Shown here: piece by piece, positions 9,477 to 16,641 of the stretch | How the letters are laid out: every line of letters starts with the position of its first letter | Numbering within the stretch: the first letter of the stretch is position 1 | DNA from: Candidatus Methylomirabilota bacterium | GTDB lineage: Bacteria; Methylomirabilota; Methylomirabilia; Methylomirabilales; 2-02-FULL-66-22 | Assembly: GCA_026387775.1 (NCBI GenBank) | Contig: JAPLLC010000220.1 | Location: 1,203 to 65,202, forward strand | Reading direction: 5' to 3' | DNA length: 64,000 bases | The notes under the pieces: model-generated | The model's database searches: none | The model's input: only the letters and a program-made list of their open reading frames with translations | What the model was told of the DNA's origin: nothing | Made by a program: the position numbers and the translations under genes

Positions 9477-9977
9477 ATGCGTCGGTACACCTTGGAAGTT
9501 GGCGGCAAGCCTTACGTCATCGATGTGCAAGAAGTCACGGCGGACCGGTACCGGGTCGAGGTCGAGGGGCAAGAGTACGAGGTGCGCCTCTCCGGCGACG
9601 AGGACCTGACCGAGGCCCGGATCTCGCCGGAGATCGTCCTCGCGCGCGAGGCCGCGCAGCATCTGCCGCAGACCGCTCCGGCGGCGCGGCCGGCCACGCC
9701 GTTCCCCGCCTCCTCCTCGCCGCCGTCCAGCCCGCGTCCCTCGACCGACGGGCACATCGTGGGCGCCCTGACCGCTCCCATGCCGGGGAAGATCCTCTCG
9801 GTCGAGGTCAAGCAGGGCGACCGGGTGAGCAGAGGGCAGACCGTGGTCATCCTGGAAGCCATGAAGATGAAGAACGCCATCAAGTCTCCCTACGACGGCG
9901 TGGTCCTGGAGATCATGGTGCGCGCCGAGCAGACCGTCGCCTACGGCGACCCGCTCGCGCAACTGGGGGAGGAATAG
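9477..9977 (+). CDS. mmdC: Biotin carboxyl carrier (gamma) subunit
   Basis: The C-terminal biotinyl domain carries the EAMKMKN biotinylation motif. A Pro/Ala/Ser-rich linker precedes it. Confidence 0.8.
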   Translation: MRRYTLEVGGKPYVIDVQEVTADRYRVEVEGQEYEVRLSGDEDLTEARISPEIVLAREAAQHLPQTAPAARPATPFPASSSPPSSPRPSTDGHIVGALTAPMPGKILSVEVKQGDRVSRGQTVVILEAMKMKNAIKSPYDGVVLEIMVRAEQTVAYGDPLAQLGEE

Positions 9978-9978
9978 G

Positions 9979-11100
9979 ATGGGCACGGACACGCTGACTC
10001 GCCTGTCGCAGGGAATCCTCCACCTGACCCCCGGCGGCATCCTCATGATCGCCGTGGGCGGCGTCCTCCTGTACCTCGCCATCGAGAAGGACTATGAGCC
10101 GATGCTGCTCCTGCCCATCGGGGCGGGGTGCATCCTGGCGAACCTGCCGCTCTCCCCCCTCGTCGCGGAGGGGGGACTGCTCACCCTCTTGGGAAAGTTC
10201 GGGGTGGACAACGAGCTCTATCCCCTGCTGATCTTCGTCGGCATCGGCGCCCTCACCGATTTCGGGCCGCTCCTGGAAAACCCGCGGATGGTCCTGATCG
10301 GCGCCGCCGGCCAGTTCGGGATCTTCGGCACGCTGATCCTGGCCCTGTTGCTCGGCTTCAGCCTGAACGAGGCCGCGTCCATCGGGATCATCGGCGCCAT
10401 CGACGGGCCGACCGCTATCTACGTCAGCAGCATCCTGGCTCCGCATCTGCTCGGCCCCATCACCGTGTGCGCCTACAGCTACATGTCCCTGGTGCCCATC
10501 ATCCAGCCGCCCATCATGCGCCTGCTCACCTCCAAGAAGGAGCGGCTGATCCGCATGCCCTACAGCCAGCGCACGATCAGCCGGCGCACTCGCATCCTCT
10601 TCCCGATCGCGGTGACGCTGGTGGTCGGGATCCTGGTGCCCTTCGCCACGCCCCTGATCGGCATGCTGATGCTGGGGAACCTGATGCGGGAATCCGGCGC
10701 GGTGGAGCGGCTCACCAAGGCGTCCTCGCAAGAGATCGCCAATGTCGTAACCCTCTTCCTGGGGCTGGCCATCGGCTCCACCATGCAGGCCGAGTTCTTC
10801 CTCAAGACCGCCACCCTGAAGATCCTGGTGCTCGGGATCCTGGCCTTCGGTCTTGATACCGCGGCGGGACTGCTCTTCGCCAAGGGGTTGAACTGGATCA
10901 GCCGGGGGGGACTCAATCCGCTGATCGGCGCGGCGGGGATCAGCGCCTTCCCGATGGCGGCGCGGGTGGTCCAGCGGATGGGGCAGGAGGAGGATTTCGA
11001 GAACTTCCTCCTGATGCACGCCATGGGCGCCAACGCCGCCGGCCAGATTGCCAGCGTGGTGGCGGGCGGGGTGATCCTGGCCCTGATGGGGGCCGGGTAG
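9979..11100 (+). CDS. mmdB: Na+-translocating decarboxylase beta subunit (OadB/MmdB/GcdB family)
   Basis: This is a 373-aa polytopic protein. Blocks such as GAIDGPTAIY and PLIGAAGISAFPMAARVVQ are typical of the OadB family. Confidence 0.85.
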   Translation: MGTDTLTRLSQGILHLTPGGILMIAVGGVLLYLAIEKDYEPMLLLPIGAGCILANLPLSPLVAEGGLLTLLGKFGVDNELYPLLIFVGIGALTDFGPLLENPRMVLIGAAGQFGIFGTLILALLLGFSLNEAASIGIIGAIDGPTAIYVSSILAPHLLGPITVCAYSYMSLVPIIQPPIMRLLTSKKERLIRMPYSQRTISRRTRILFPIAVTLVVGILVPFATPLIGMLMLGNLMRESGAVERLTKASSQEIANVVTLFLGLAIGSTMQAEFFLKTATLKILVLGILAFGLDTAAGLLFAKGLNWISRGGLNPLIGAAGISAFPMAARVVQRMGQEEDFENFLLMHAMGANAAGQIASVVAGGVILALMGAG

Positions 11101-11297
11101 CAGGCTGCTGAAAAAGGCCCATCTGCTGGGACCCATCCTGCGGATGGGTACCCCGAACGCTCAGGCATTCATTGCGGCGTACCTGGAGTACGCCTGGACC
11201 CAGCCTGCGGCCGGGTGCCCCGCCTTCCGCATTCCGCCTTGCATCTGGACCTTTTTGAGCAGCCTGGGCGAAAATGGGTTTTCCAGCATCCTGCTAG
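11098..11297. repeat. Family-A nested-palindromic repeat, copy 1 (~200 bp)
   Basis: It starts tagCAGGCTGCTGAAAAAGGCCCATCTGC and ends ...GCATCTGGACCTTTTTGAGCAGCCTGGGCGAAA...ctgctag. It is near-identical in architecture to the reverse complement of 27361-27541 and to 44427-44585. The mmdB stop TAG is its first 3 nt. Confidence 0.8.
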
Positions 11298-11439
11298 TAT
11301 TATCTGCCGAGGATTCTGCCTGGACAAACGAACCCCGAGAGCTTACCCTGCGCCCTCGGGGTTCGGTTTTTTCTGACGGCGCGTAGCGTTTTGCGCCGAG
11401 GATCGGCGGTGGATCTCTGACCATTTCGAGGGGGCAACG

Positions 11440-12618
11440 GTGAATGATCACACGGTGAGGCCGGCGAGTCGTATGGATGCGATCCCATTCTCGGGAATCC
11501 GGAAGGTCTTCGAGCGCGCCAAGACGCTGGAGCGCGAGGGTCGACCGGTCATCTTCCTGGAAACGGGCCGACCGGATTTCGATACCCCGGCTCATATCAA
11601 GGAGGCGGCCAAGCAGGCGCTCGACGCAGGAGACGTGCACTACACGTCGAATTTCGGGACACCAGCCTTGCGTGGCGCGATCGCGGGGAAGCTCCAGCGC
11701 GAGAACGGCGTGGCCTACGATCCCGACGGAGAAATCCTGGTCACGGTCGGGGCGGCCGAGGCGATCTTTCTTGCCTATCTGGCCTTCGTGAATCCGGGCG
11801 ACGAAGTCCTCTACCCCGAACCGACCTGGGTGAATTACGCGGCGGTCGCACGACTGGCCGGGGCGATCCCCGTGCCCGTACCCCTGCGGGAGTCGAACGG
11901 GTATCAGATCGACCTCGAGGACGTGGGCCGGCGGATCACGCCTCGGACACGCGTGCTGGTGGTCGTCTCGCCGAACAACCCGACCGGCACGGTTCAGTCC
12001 CCTGAGGTTCTGCGCAATCTGGCCGACCTGGCGATCCGCCACAATCTCCTGGTCATCTCGGACGAGATCTACGAGCGGATCGTCTACGATGACCAGACGC
12101 ATCTCAGCCTGGCGTCCTGCGCAGGGATGCGTGAACGGACGATCACCATCAACGGGTTCTCCAAGGCATATTCGATGACCGGCTGGCGGCTGGGCTATGC
12201 GGCCGCGCCGCAGCCCTTCATCCAGGCCATGAATCGCGTCCACCAGTATAATGTCGCCTGCGCCTCCGCCTTTGGCCAGGCGGGCGCGGTGGCGGCCCTC
12301 ACGGGTCCGCAGGACTGCGTCACCGCCATGGTCGCGGAGTTCAAGCGGCGACGGGATATGGTGGTCCCCGCGATCAATGACATTCCCAGACTGTCCTGCC
12401 TGAATCCCGGGGGCGCCTTCTACGCCTGGGTGAACATCGGCCGGATGGGAATCGGCTCGGAGGAGTTCTCGATGCGACTGCTCGAGAGCGCCCATGTCTC
12501 GTCGGTGCCCGGCACGGTATTCGGCGAGTCCGGCCAGGGGTACGTGCGCTTCTCCTATGCCAACTCATACGAACGCCTGGAGGAGGCGATGCGGCGTCTG
12601 TCGCGCTTCTGCGAGTGA
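11440..12618 (+). CDS. Class I/II pyridoxal-phosphate aminotransferase (aspartate aminotransferase-like)
   Basis: Motifs VVVSPNNPTG and NGFSKAYSMTGWRLGY (PLP lysine) are present. The length is 392 aa. Confidence 0.85.
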   Translation: MNDHTVRPASRMDAIPFSGIRKVFERAKTLEREGRPVIFLETGRPDFDTPAHIKEAAKQALDAGDVHYTSNFGTPALRGAIAGKLQRENGVAYDPDGEILVTVGAAEAIFLAYLAFVNPGDEVLYPEPTWVNYAAVARLAGAIPVPVPLRESNGYQIDLEDVGRRITPRTRVLVVVSPNNPTGTVQSPEVLRNLADLAIRHNLLVISDEIYERIVYDDQTHLSLASCAGMRERTITINGFSKAYSMTGWRLGYAAAPQPFIQAMNRVHQYNVACASAFGQAGAVAALTGPQDCVTAMVAEFKRRRDMVVPAINDIPRLSCLNPGGAFYAWVNIGRMGIGSEEFSMRLLESAHVSSVPGTVFGESGQGYVRFSYANSYERLEEAMRRLSRFCE

Positions 12619-12621
12619 GCC

Positions 12622-14067
12622 GTGACGAACCCGCCCACGAGAAATCCTGTCAATCGCTGGAATGCGGAGGGCGGATATCGTCAGATCCTGGTCATCGCCT
12701 TCCCGCTGATCCTGAGCACCGGCTCCTGGTCGCTCCAGCATTTCGTCGATCGCATGTTTCTCGCCTGGTACTCGCCCGAAAGCCTCGCGGCCTCGACCCC
12801 GGCCGGCATCCTGAACTACACCGTGATGAGCCTGTTCATCGGCACGGCGGGATACGTCAGCACGTTCGTCGCCCAGTACCACGGGGCGGGCCGGCCCGAG
12901 CGCATCGGTCCGAGTGTCTGGCAGGGGATCTACATCTCGGCCATCGGGGCGATCACCATGGCGCTCCTGATTCCTCTCGCCGGTCCGGCCTTCCGCCTGA
13001 TCGGGCACGCCCCTGAAATCCAGCGCCAGGAGACCGTCTATTTCAGCATCCTCTGTCTCGGGGCCTTCCCGGCCGTCGCCTGCGCGGCGCTGGGGGGATT
13101 CTTCTCCGGACGCGGCGAAACCTGGCCCGTGATGTGGGCGAGCCTGCTCGCCACCGTCGTGAACATCGTCCTCGACTACCTGCTGATCTTCGGCGTCTGG
13201 ATCTTCCCGGAGATGGGCATCGCCGGGGCCGCCATCGCCACCAACCTCTCGATGGTGGCCGCGCTCGCGGCCTACTGTGCGCTGATCGCCCGGGAGAGCC
13301 ACGACCCTCGATTCCGGATCATCCGGGGATGGCGGCTCGACCCGGCGCTCTTCTCCCGGATCATCCGGTTCGGCCTCCCCAACGGCGTCCAGTTCTTCCT
13401 CGACATGGCCGGCTTCACCGTGTTCCTCCTGATCGTCGGCCGCCTGGGCACGGCGGCTCTCGCCGCGACCAACATCGCGCTCAACATCAACACCCTCGCC
13501 TTCATGCCCATGATCGGCCTCGGCATGACCGTGAGCATTCTGGTGGGGCAGCACCTGGGCCGGAACGACGCACCGCTCGCCGTTCGGTGCGTGGGGTCCG
13601 GCTTCCACCTCACCATGCTCTACATGGGCACGATCGCCTTGTTCTACGTGCTCACGCCCGGCCTGTTCCTCGCCCCCTTCGGACTTTACTCCCAGCCGGG
13701 GGCGTACGACGAGATCCGCGGCCTGGCCGAAGTCCTGCTGCGCTTCGTGGCGCTTTACTCCCTCTTCGACGCCCTGACCATCGTGTTCGCCTCGGCGATC
13801 AAGGGGGCGGGCGACAGCCGATTCGTCATGTACATGGTCTCCGGCCTCTCGCTCGGCCTCCTGATCATCCCGAGCTATGTGGCCCTCGAGGTCTTCGGAG
13901 CGGGAATCCTGGCCGGCTGGACCATCGCCACCGTCTACGTGTCCGTCCTCGGCGTGGCATTTTACCTGCGGTTCAGGAGCGGAAAGTGGAAGACCATGCG
14001 GGTCATCGAGCACCCGGGCCGGCAGCCGCCGGCACCGCCGCCGCAGCCGCTCGCCCCGAAGGCATAG
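12622..14067 (+). CDS. MATE-family efflux transporter
   Basis: The 481-aa protein has 12 predicted hydrophobic segments and a duplicated 6-TM architecture with typical MATE blocks (ILSTGSWSLQHFVDRMFL, GLPNGVQFFLDMAGFTVF). The start is GTG. Confidence 0.85.
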   Translation: MTNPPTRNPVNRWNAEGGYRQILVIAFPLILSTGSWSLQHFVDRMFLAWYSPESLAASTPAGILNYTVMSLFIGTAGYVSTFVAQYHGAGRPERIGPSVWQGIYISAIGAITMALLIPLAGPAFRLIGHAPEIQRQETVYFSILCLGAFPAVACAALGGFFSGRGETWPVMWASLLATVVNIVLDYLLIFGVWIFPEMGIAGAAIATNLSMVAALAAYCALIARESHDPRFRIIRGWRLDPALFSRIIRFGLPNGVQFFLDMAGFTVFLLIVGRLGTAALAATNIALNINTLAFMPMIGLGMTVSILVGQHLGRNDAPLAVRCVGSGFHLTMLYMGTIALFYVLTPGLFLAPFGLYSQPGAYDEIRGLAEVLLRFVALYSLFDALTIVFASAIKGAGDSRFVMYMVSGLSLGLLIIPSYVALEVFGAGILAGWTIATVYVSVLGVAFYLRFRSGKWKTMRVIEHPGRQPPAPPPQPLAPKA

Positions 14068-14111
14068 GCCGAGGGACCGGCCTGGCCCAGTCTAGCCGCA
14101 ATGCTGTTCAC

Positions 14112-14219
14112 TTAGGAGCCGTTACGAAATAACTTGTCCATCTATTGGAATTTCGTTACGGCTCCTTATGCCGTTTCCGGAATTTCTCCGGTCAAGTTAT
14201 TCTTTGACAACGGCTTAGG
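14112..14219. repeat. Family-B hairpin repeat, long copy
   Basis: TTAGGAGCCGTTACGAAATAACTTGTCCA ... TATTCTTTGACAACGGCTTAGG is shared, in reverse complement, with 28921-28975. This copy carries an internal extra arm forming GGAGCCGTTACGAAAT/ATTTCGTTACGGCTCC. The whole 14098-14324 spacer is bracketed by the imperfect inverted repeats AATGCTGTTCACTTAG and CTATGTGAACAGTATT. Confidence 0.7.
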
Positions 14220-14233
14220 CCGTCAGCCGGATG

Positions 14234-14279
14234 AAATCCCCCCTCGCCCCCCTTTGGCAAAGGGGGGTTGGGGGGATTT
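14234..14279. repeat. G/C-run perfect hairpin (AAATCCCCCCTCGCCCCCCTTTG / CAAAGGGGGGTTGGGGGGATTT)
   Basis: A long near-perfect palindrome is read directly in the sequence. It lies between the convergent MATE and CN-hydrolase genes and could act as a bidirectional terminator or REP-like element. Confidence 0.6.
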
Positions 14280-14327
14280 GCTCGAACGCTCTCGTCAGTG
14301 CCCGACGCTATGTGAACAGTATTGGGT

Positions 14328-15152
14328 CTAGCCGTGGAGCTGTTCGGTGATCGTCGTGATGGCGCCGTAGGCGTCGGGGCGTCGGTCGCGGGCCAGGAGG
14401 AATCGCTGCCGCGCCCGGATGACGGACTCTCGCTCGATCTCGGCGCTGACCACCTGCTCCTCGGTCCCGCTGGCCTGGATGAGGATCTTGCCGACCGGGT
14501 CGACGATCATGCTCTTCCCCGACATCACCCACTCGCCCTCCTGCCCCACATGATTGCAGGGGGCCAGGAAGACCCCGTTCTCCAGCGCCCGCGTGGTGAG
14601 GAAGTTCTCCCAGGGATCGGCCGCCGGGGTGGCATAGGGGGCGATGATCAGCTCGGCCCCGTGGAGCATCAGGCAGCGGCAGGACTCCGGGAAGAGGTTG
14701 TCGTAGCAGATCGAGAAGCCGACCGTCCAGTCCCCCACCCGGAACACCGGGAAGGACGATCCGCCCCGGAAGTAGATCTTCTCCAGGCTGAGATATGCCG
14801 CCGGGTGCACCTTGCGGTATTTCCCGACGACCCTCCCTTCCGGACTGATCAGCATCGCCGTGTCGTAGTAGAGGCCGGGTCGCGCCACCTCGAAGATCGT
14901 GGACACGATATGGACGCCGTGCTGCCGCGCTTTCTCCTTCATCCGGGTCTGGGTGTAGCCGTCCTCGGTCTCGGCGTAGTCCAGGTATCGGTAGTCGCGG
15001 TACTGGGGAAAGTACTCGACGTTGAAGAACTCCGGCAGCACGACGATGTCGGGGTGCTGACGGGCGGCCTCGTCCACGAAGGCGCAGGCCCGCTCCACGT
15101 TCTCGTCCCGGGCCGCCGCCCGGCTGTTCATCTGGATCAGGGTCAGTCGCAT
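14328..15152 (-). CDS. Carbon-nitrogen hydrolase (nitrilase superfamily)
   Basis: The start MRLTLIQMN is followed by the catalytic Glu context VVLPEFF, and the Cys context is GFSICYD. ATG 15152 is preceded by GAAGGAG. Confidence 0.8.
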   Translation of the reverse strand: MRLTLIQMNSRAAARDENVERACAFVDEAARQHPDIVVLPEFFNVEYFPQYRDYRYLDYAETEDGYTQTRMKEKARQHGVHIVSTIFEVARPGLYYDTAMLISPEGRVVGKYRKVHPAAYLSLEKIYFRGGSSFPVFRVGDWTVGFSICYDNLFPESCRCLMLHGAELIIAPYATPAADPWENFLTTRALENGVFLAPCNHVGQEGEWVMSGKSMIVDPVGKILIQASGTEEQVVSAEIERESVIRARQRFLLARDRRPDAYGAITTITEQLHG

Positions 15153-15210
15153 GATGGCGCTCCTTCTGCGATGCGTCTCCAGGCCCCCCTGCAAACGATT
15201 CGACTCCCGG

Positions 15211-15324
15211 CTAGCGGAACACTTGCAGGAATCGCACCACGAGGAGGGTCAGCAGCACGACCAGGTACACCCGAAGAAAATAGAGGGCGAAGCGGACCGT
15301 GGGGGTCATTTGCACGCGCGGCAT
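15211..15324 (-). CDS. Possible 37-aa hydrophobic micro-protein (MPRVQMTPTVRFALYFLRVYLVVLLTLLVVRFLQVFR)
   Basis: This small ORF is not in the supplied track (<60 aa). It has a single predicted TM helix and sits between the MgtE_N/CBS gene and the CN-hydrolase gene on the same strand. I see no homology evidence and no strong RBS. Confidence 0.2.
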   Translation of the reverse strand: MPRVQMTPTVRFALYFLRVYLVVLLTLLVVRFLQVFR

Positions 15325-15351
15325 TGCGAGCTCCTCGATCCAGGAACCGGA

Positions 15352-16632
15352 TCACGCGGTCTTCATGATGTCCTTGTAACGAATGACGCCGAGGATGCGA
15401 TCCTGCGCATCCACCACGGGAATCATGCGATAGTGGTACTTGGCGAAGATCTGTTCCAGGTCCTCTTGTGTGTCGTCCTGCTCCGCCGACACCACGGGAA
15501 ACGCCATGATCTCGCCCAGGGTTATCTCATCCCCGGCCAGCAGGAGCTCGCGCAGATCCACGACACCCTGCAAGAGCTTGCTCTCGGGCGCCACGACGTA
15601 GGCGTAAGAGAGGTGGTGCGGCTCGAGCCCGGAGCGGCGAATATACTCCAGCACCTCGCGGACCTTCGCCTCTTTCGGAAAGGAGACGAATTCCCCCGAG
15701 AGGAGGTCGCTCGCCTTCGCCTCTCGCGCCGCCAGGATCGTCTTGATCCGCCGAACGCTCTCATCCGGCAAGAGCCCCATCATCTCGGTCGTGTCGTCGT
15801 GCGGAAGCACCGTGAAGAGGTTCGCCAGTTGCGGGATGGTCATCTCCCCCAGGATCTGGCGTGCGCGCTCCTTGCGCAGGTTGGCGATCAACTGCCGCTG
15901 CGCCCGCGGCTCCGCCTCCAGCAGGGTGTCGGCGGCCTTCTCGGAGTCCAGGGCCGAGAAGAGGGCCTCCTGCTCGTTGCCGGTCAGCTCTTCCAGGGCG
16001 TCGGCCAGATCCTCGCTGGGCAGCTCTTTGAGCTGTTTCCGGGTCACCGAGAGCGAAACCTTGTCCGTGATGGTGGCGTCCTCGAGCGAGAGCGGCTGGA
16101 CATACTTCCAGGAGATCAGATCCTCCTTGAACCCCTGGATCCGTCCGAGTCCCCAGCGCCGCAGAAAGCCGTTGAACGAGCTGTCCACATGGATCAGGAG
16201 CAGCCGCCCCTTGGCCTCGAGCAGGTGCACGTCGTTGACCACCTCGGTGCGCCGCCCGTCCATATCCAGGATCGTCCGGCCCATCAGGTGGGTGTCCAGC
16301 ATGATCCAGCCGGGCTGGTCCGCGAAGGGAGGGTAGCTTCCACCCTGCTCGGACGGCAAGACGAAGATCGCATCGTCTTCGATCCGCAGCACTCGATCCC
16401 ACGGGATGATCTCCGTCGGTTTTCCCCAGCCGTGCTCGAGATAGATCCCGACCACCTCGGGGTACGGCTCCTTGAGGGCGAACACCAGATCCGTCAGTCT
16501 CCCAACCCGATCCCGGATCTTGCCCGCGCACACCGGCCGTTTCATCAGGTCGGAGAAGTAAAGGAAGCGGTAGCTGCCGATCCCCGGGGGGAGATCAGGG
16601 ACCCTCTGCATCAGGCTGGGTGGCGTGCCCAT
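15352..16632 (-). CDS. Soluble PRC-barrel + MgtE N-domain + CBS-pair protein (MgtE cytoplasmic sensor module without a membrane domain)
   Basis: The N-terminal PRC-barrel-like segment is YFSDLMKRPVCAGKIRDRVGRLTDLVFALKEPYPEVVGIYLEHGWGKPTEIIPWDRVLRIEDDAIFV. The central acidic helical MgtE_N-like region is LPSEDLADALEELTGNEQEALFSALDSEKAADTLLEAEP...IANL. The C-terminal tandem CBS is VVAPESKLLQGVVDLRELL...IPVVDAQDRILGVIRYKDIM. No hydrophobic segments are present. AGGAGG lies upstream of ATG 16632, which is 10 nt after the Nramp stop. Confidence 0.7.
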   Translation of the reverse strand: MGTPPSLMQRVPDLPPGIGSYRFLYFSDLMKRPVCAGKIRDRVGRLTDLVFALKEPYPEVVGIYLEHGWGKPTEIIPWDRVLRIEDDAIFVLPSEQGGSYPPFADQPGWIMLDTHLMGRTILDMDGRRTEVVNDVHLLEAKGRLLLIHVDSSFNGFLRRWGLGRIQGFKEDLISWKYVQPLSLEDATITDKVSLSVTRKQLKELPSEDLADALEELTGNEQEALFSALDSEKAADTLLEAEPRAQRQLIANLRKERARQILGEMTIPQLANLFTVLPHDDTTEMMGLLPDESVRRIKTILAAREAKASDLLSGEFVSFPKEAKVREVLEYIRRSGLEPHHLSYAYVVAPESKLLQGVVDLRELLLAGDEITLGEIMAFPVVSAEQDDTQEDLEQIFAKYHYRMIPVVDAQDRILGVIRYKDIMKTA

Positions 16633-16641
16633 GGCAGCCTC

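Noticed and set aside
12565-14013. 482-aa minus-strand ORF
   Set aside because: It is antisense to the MATE transporter and has a highly charged, low-complexity translation.
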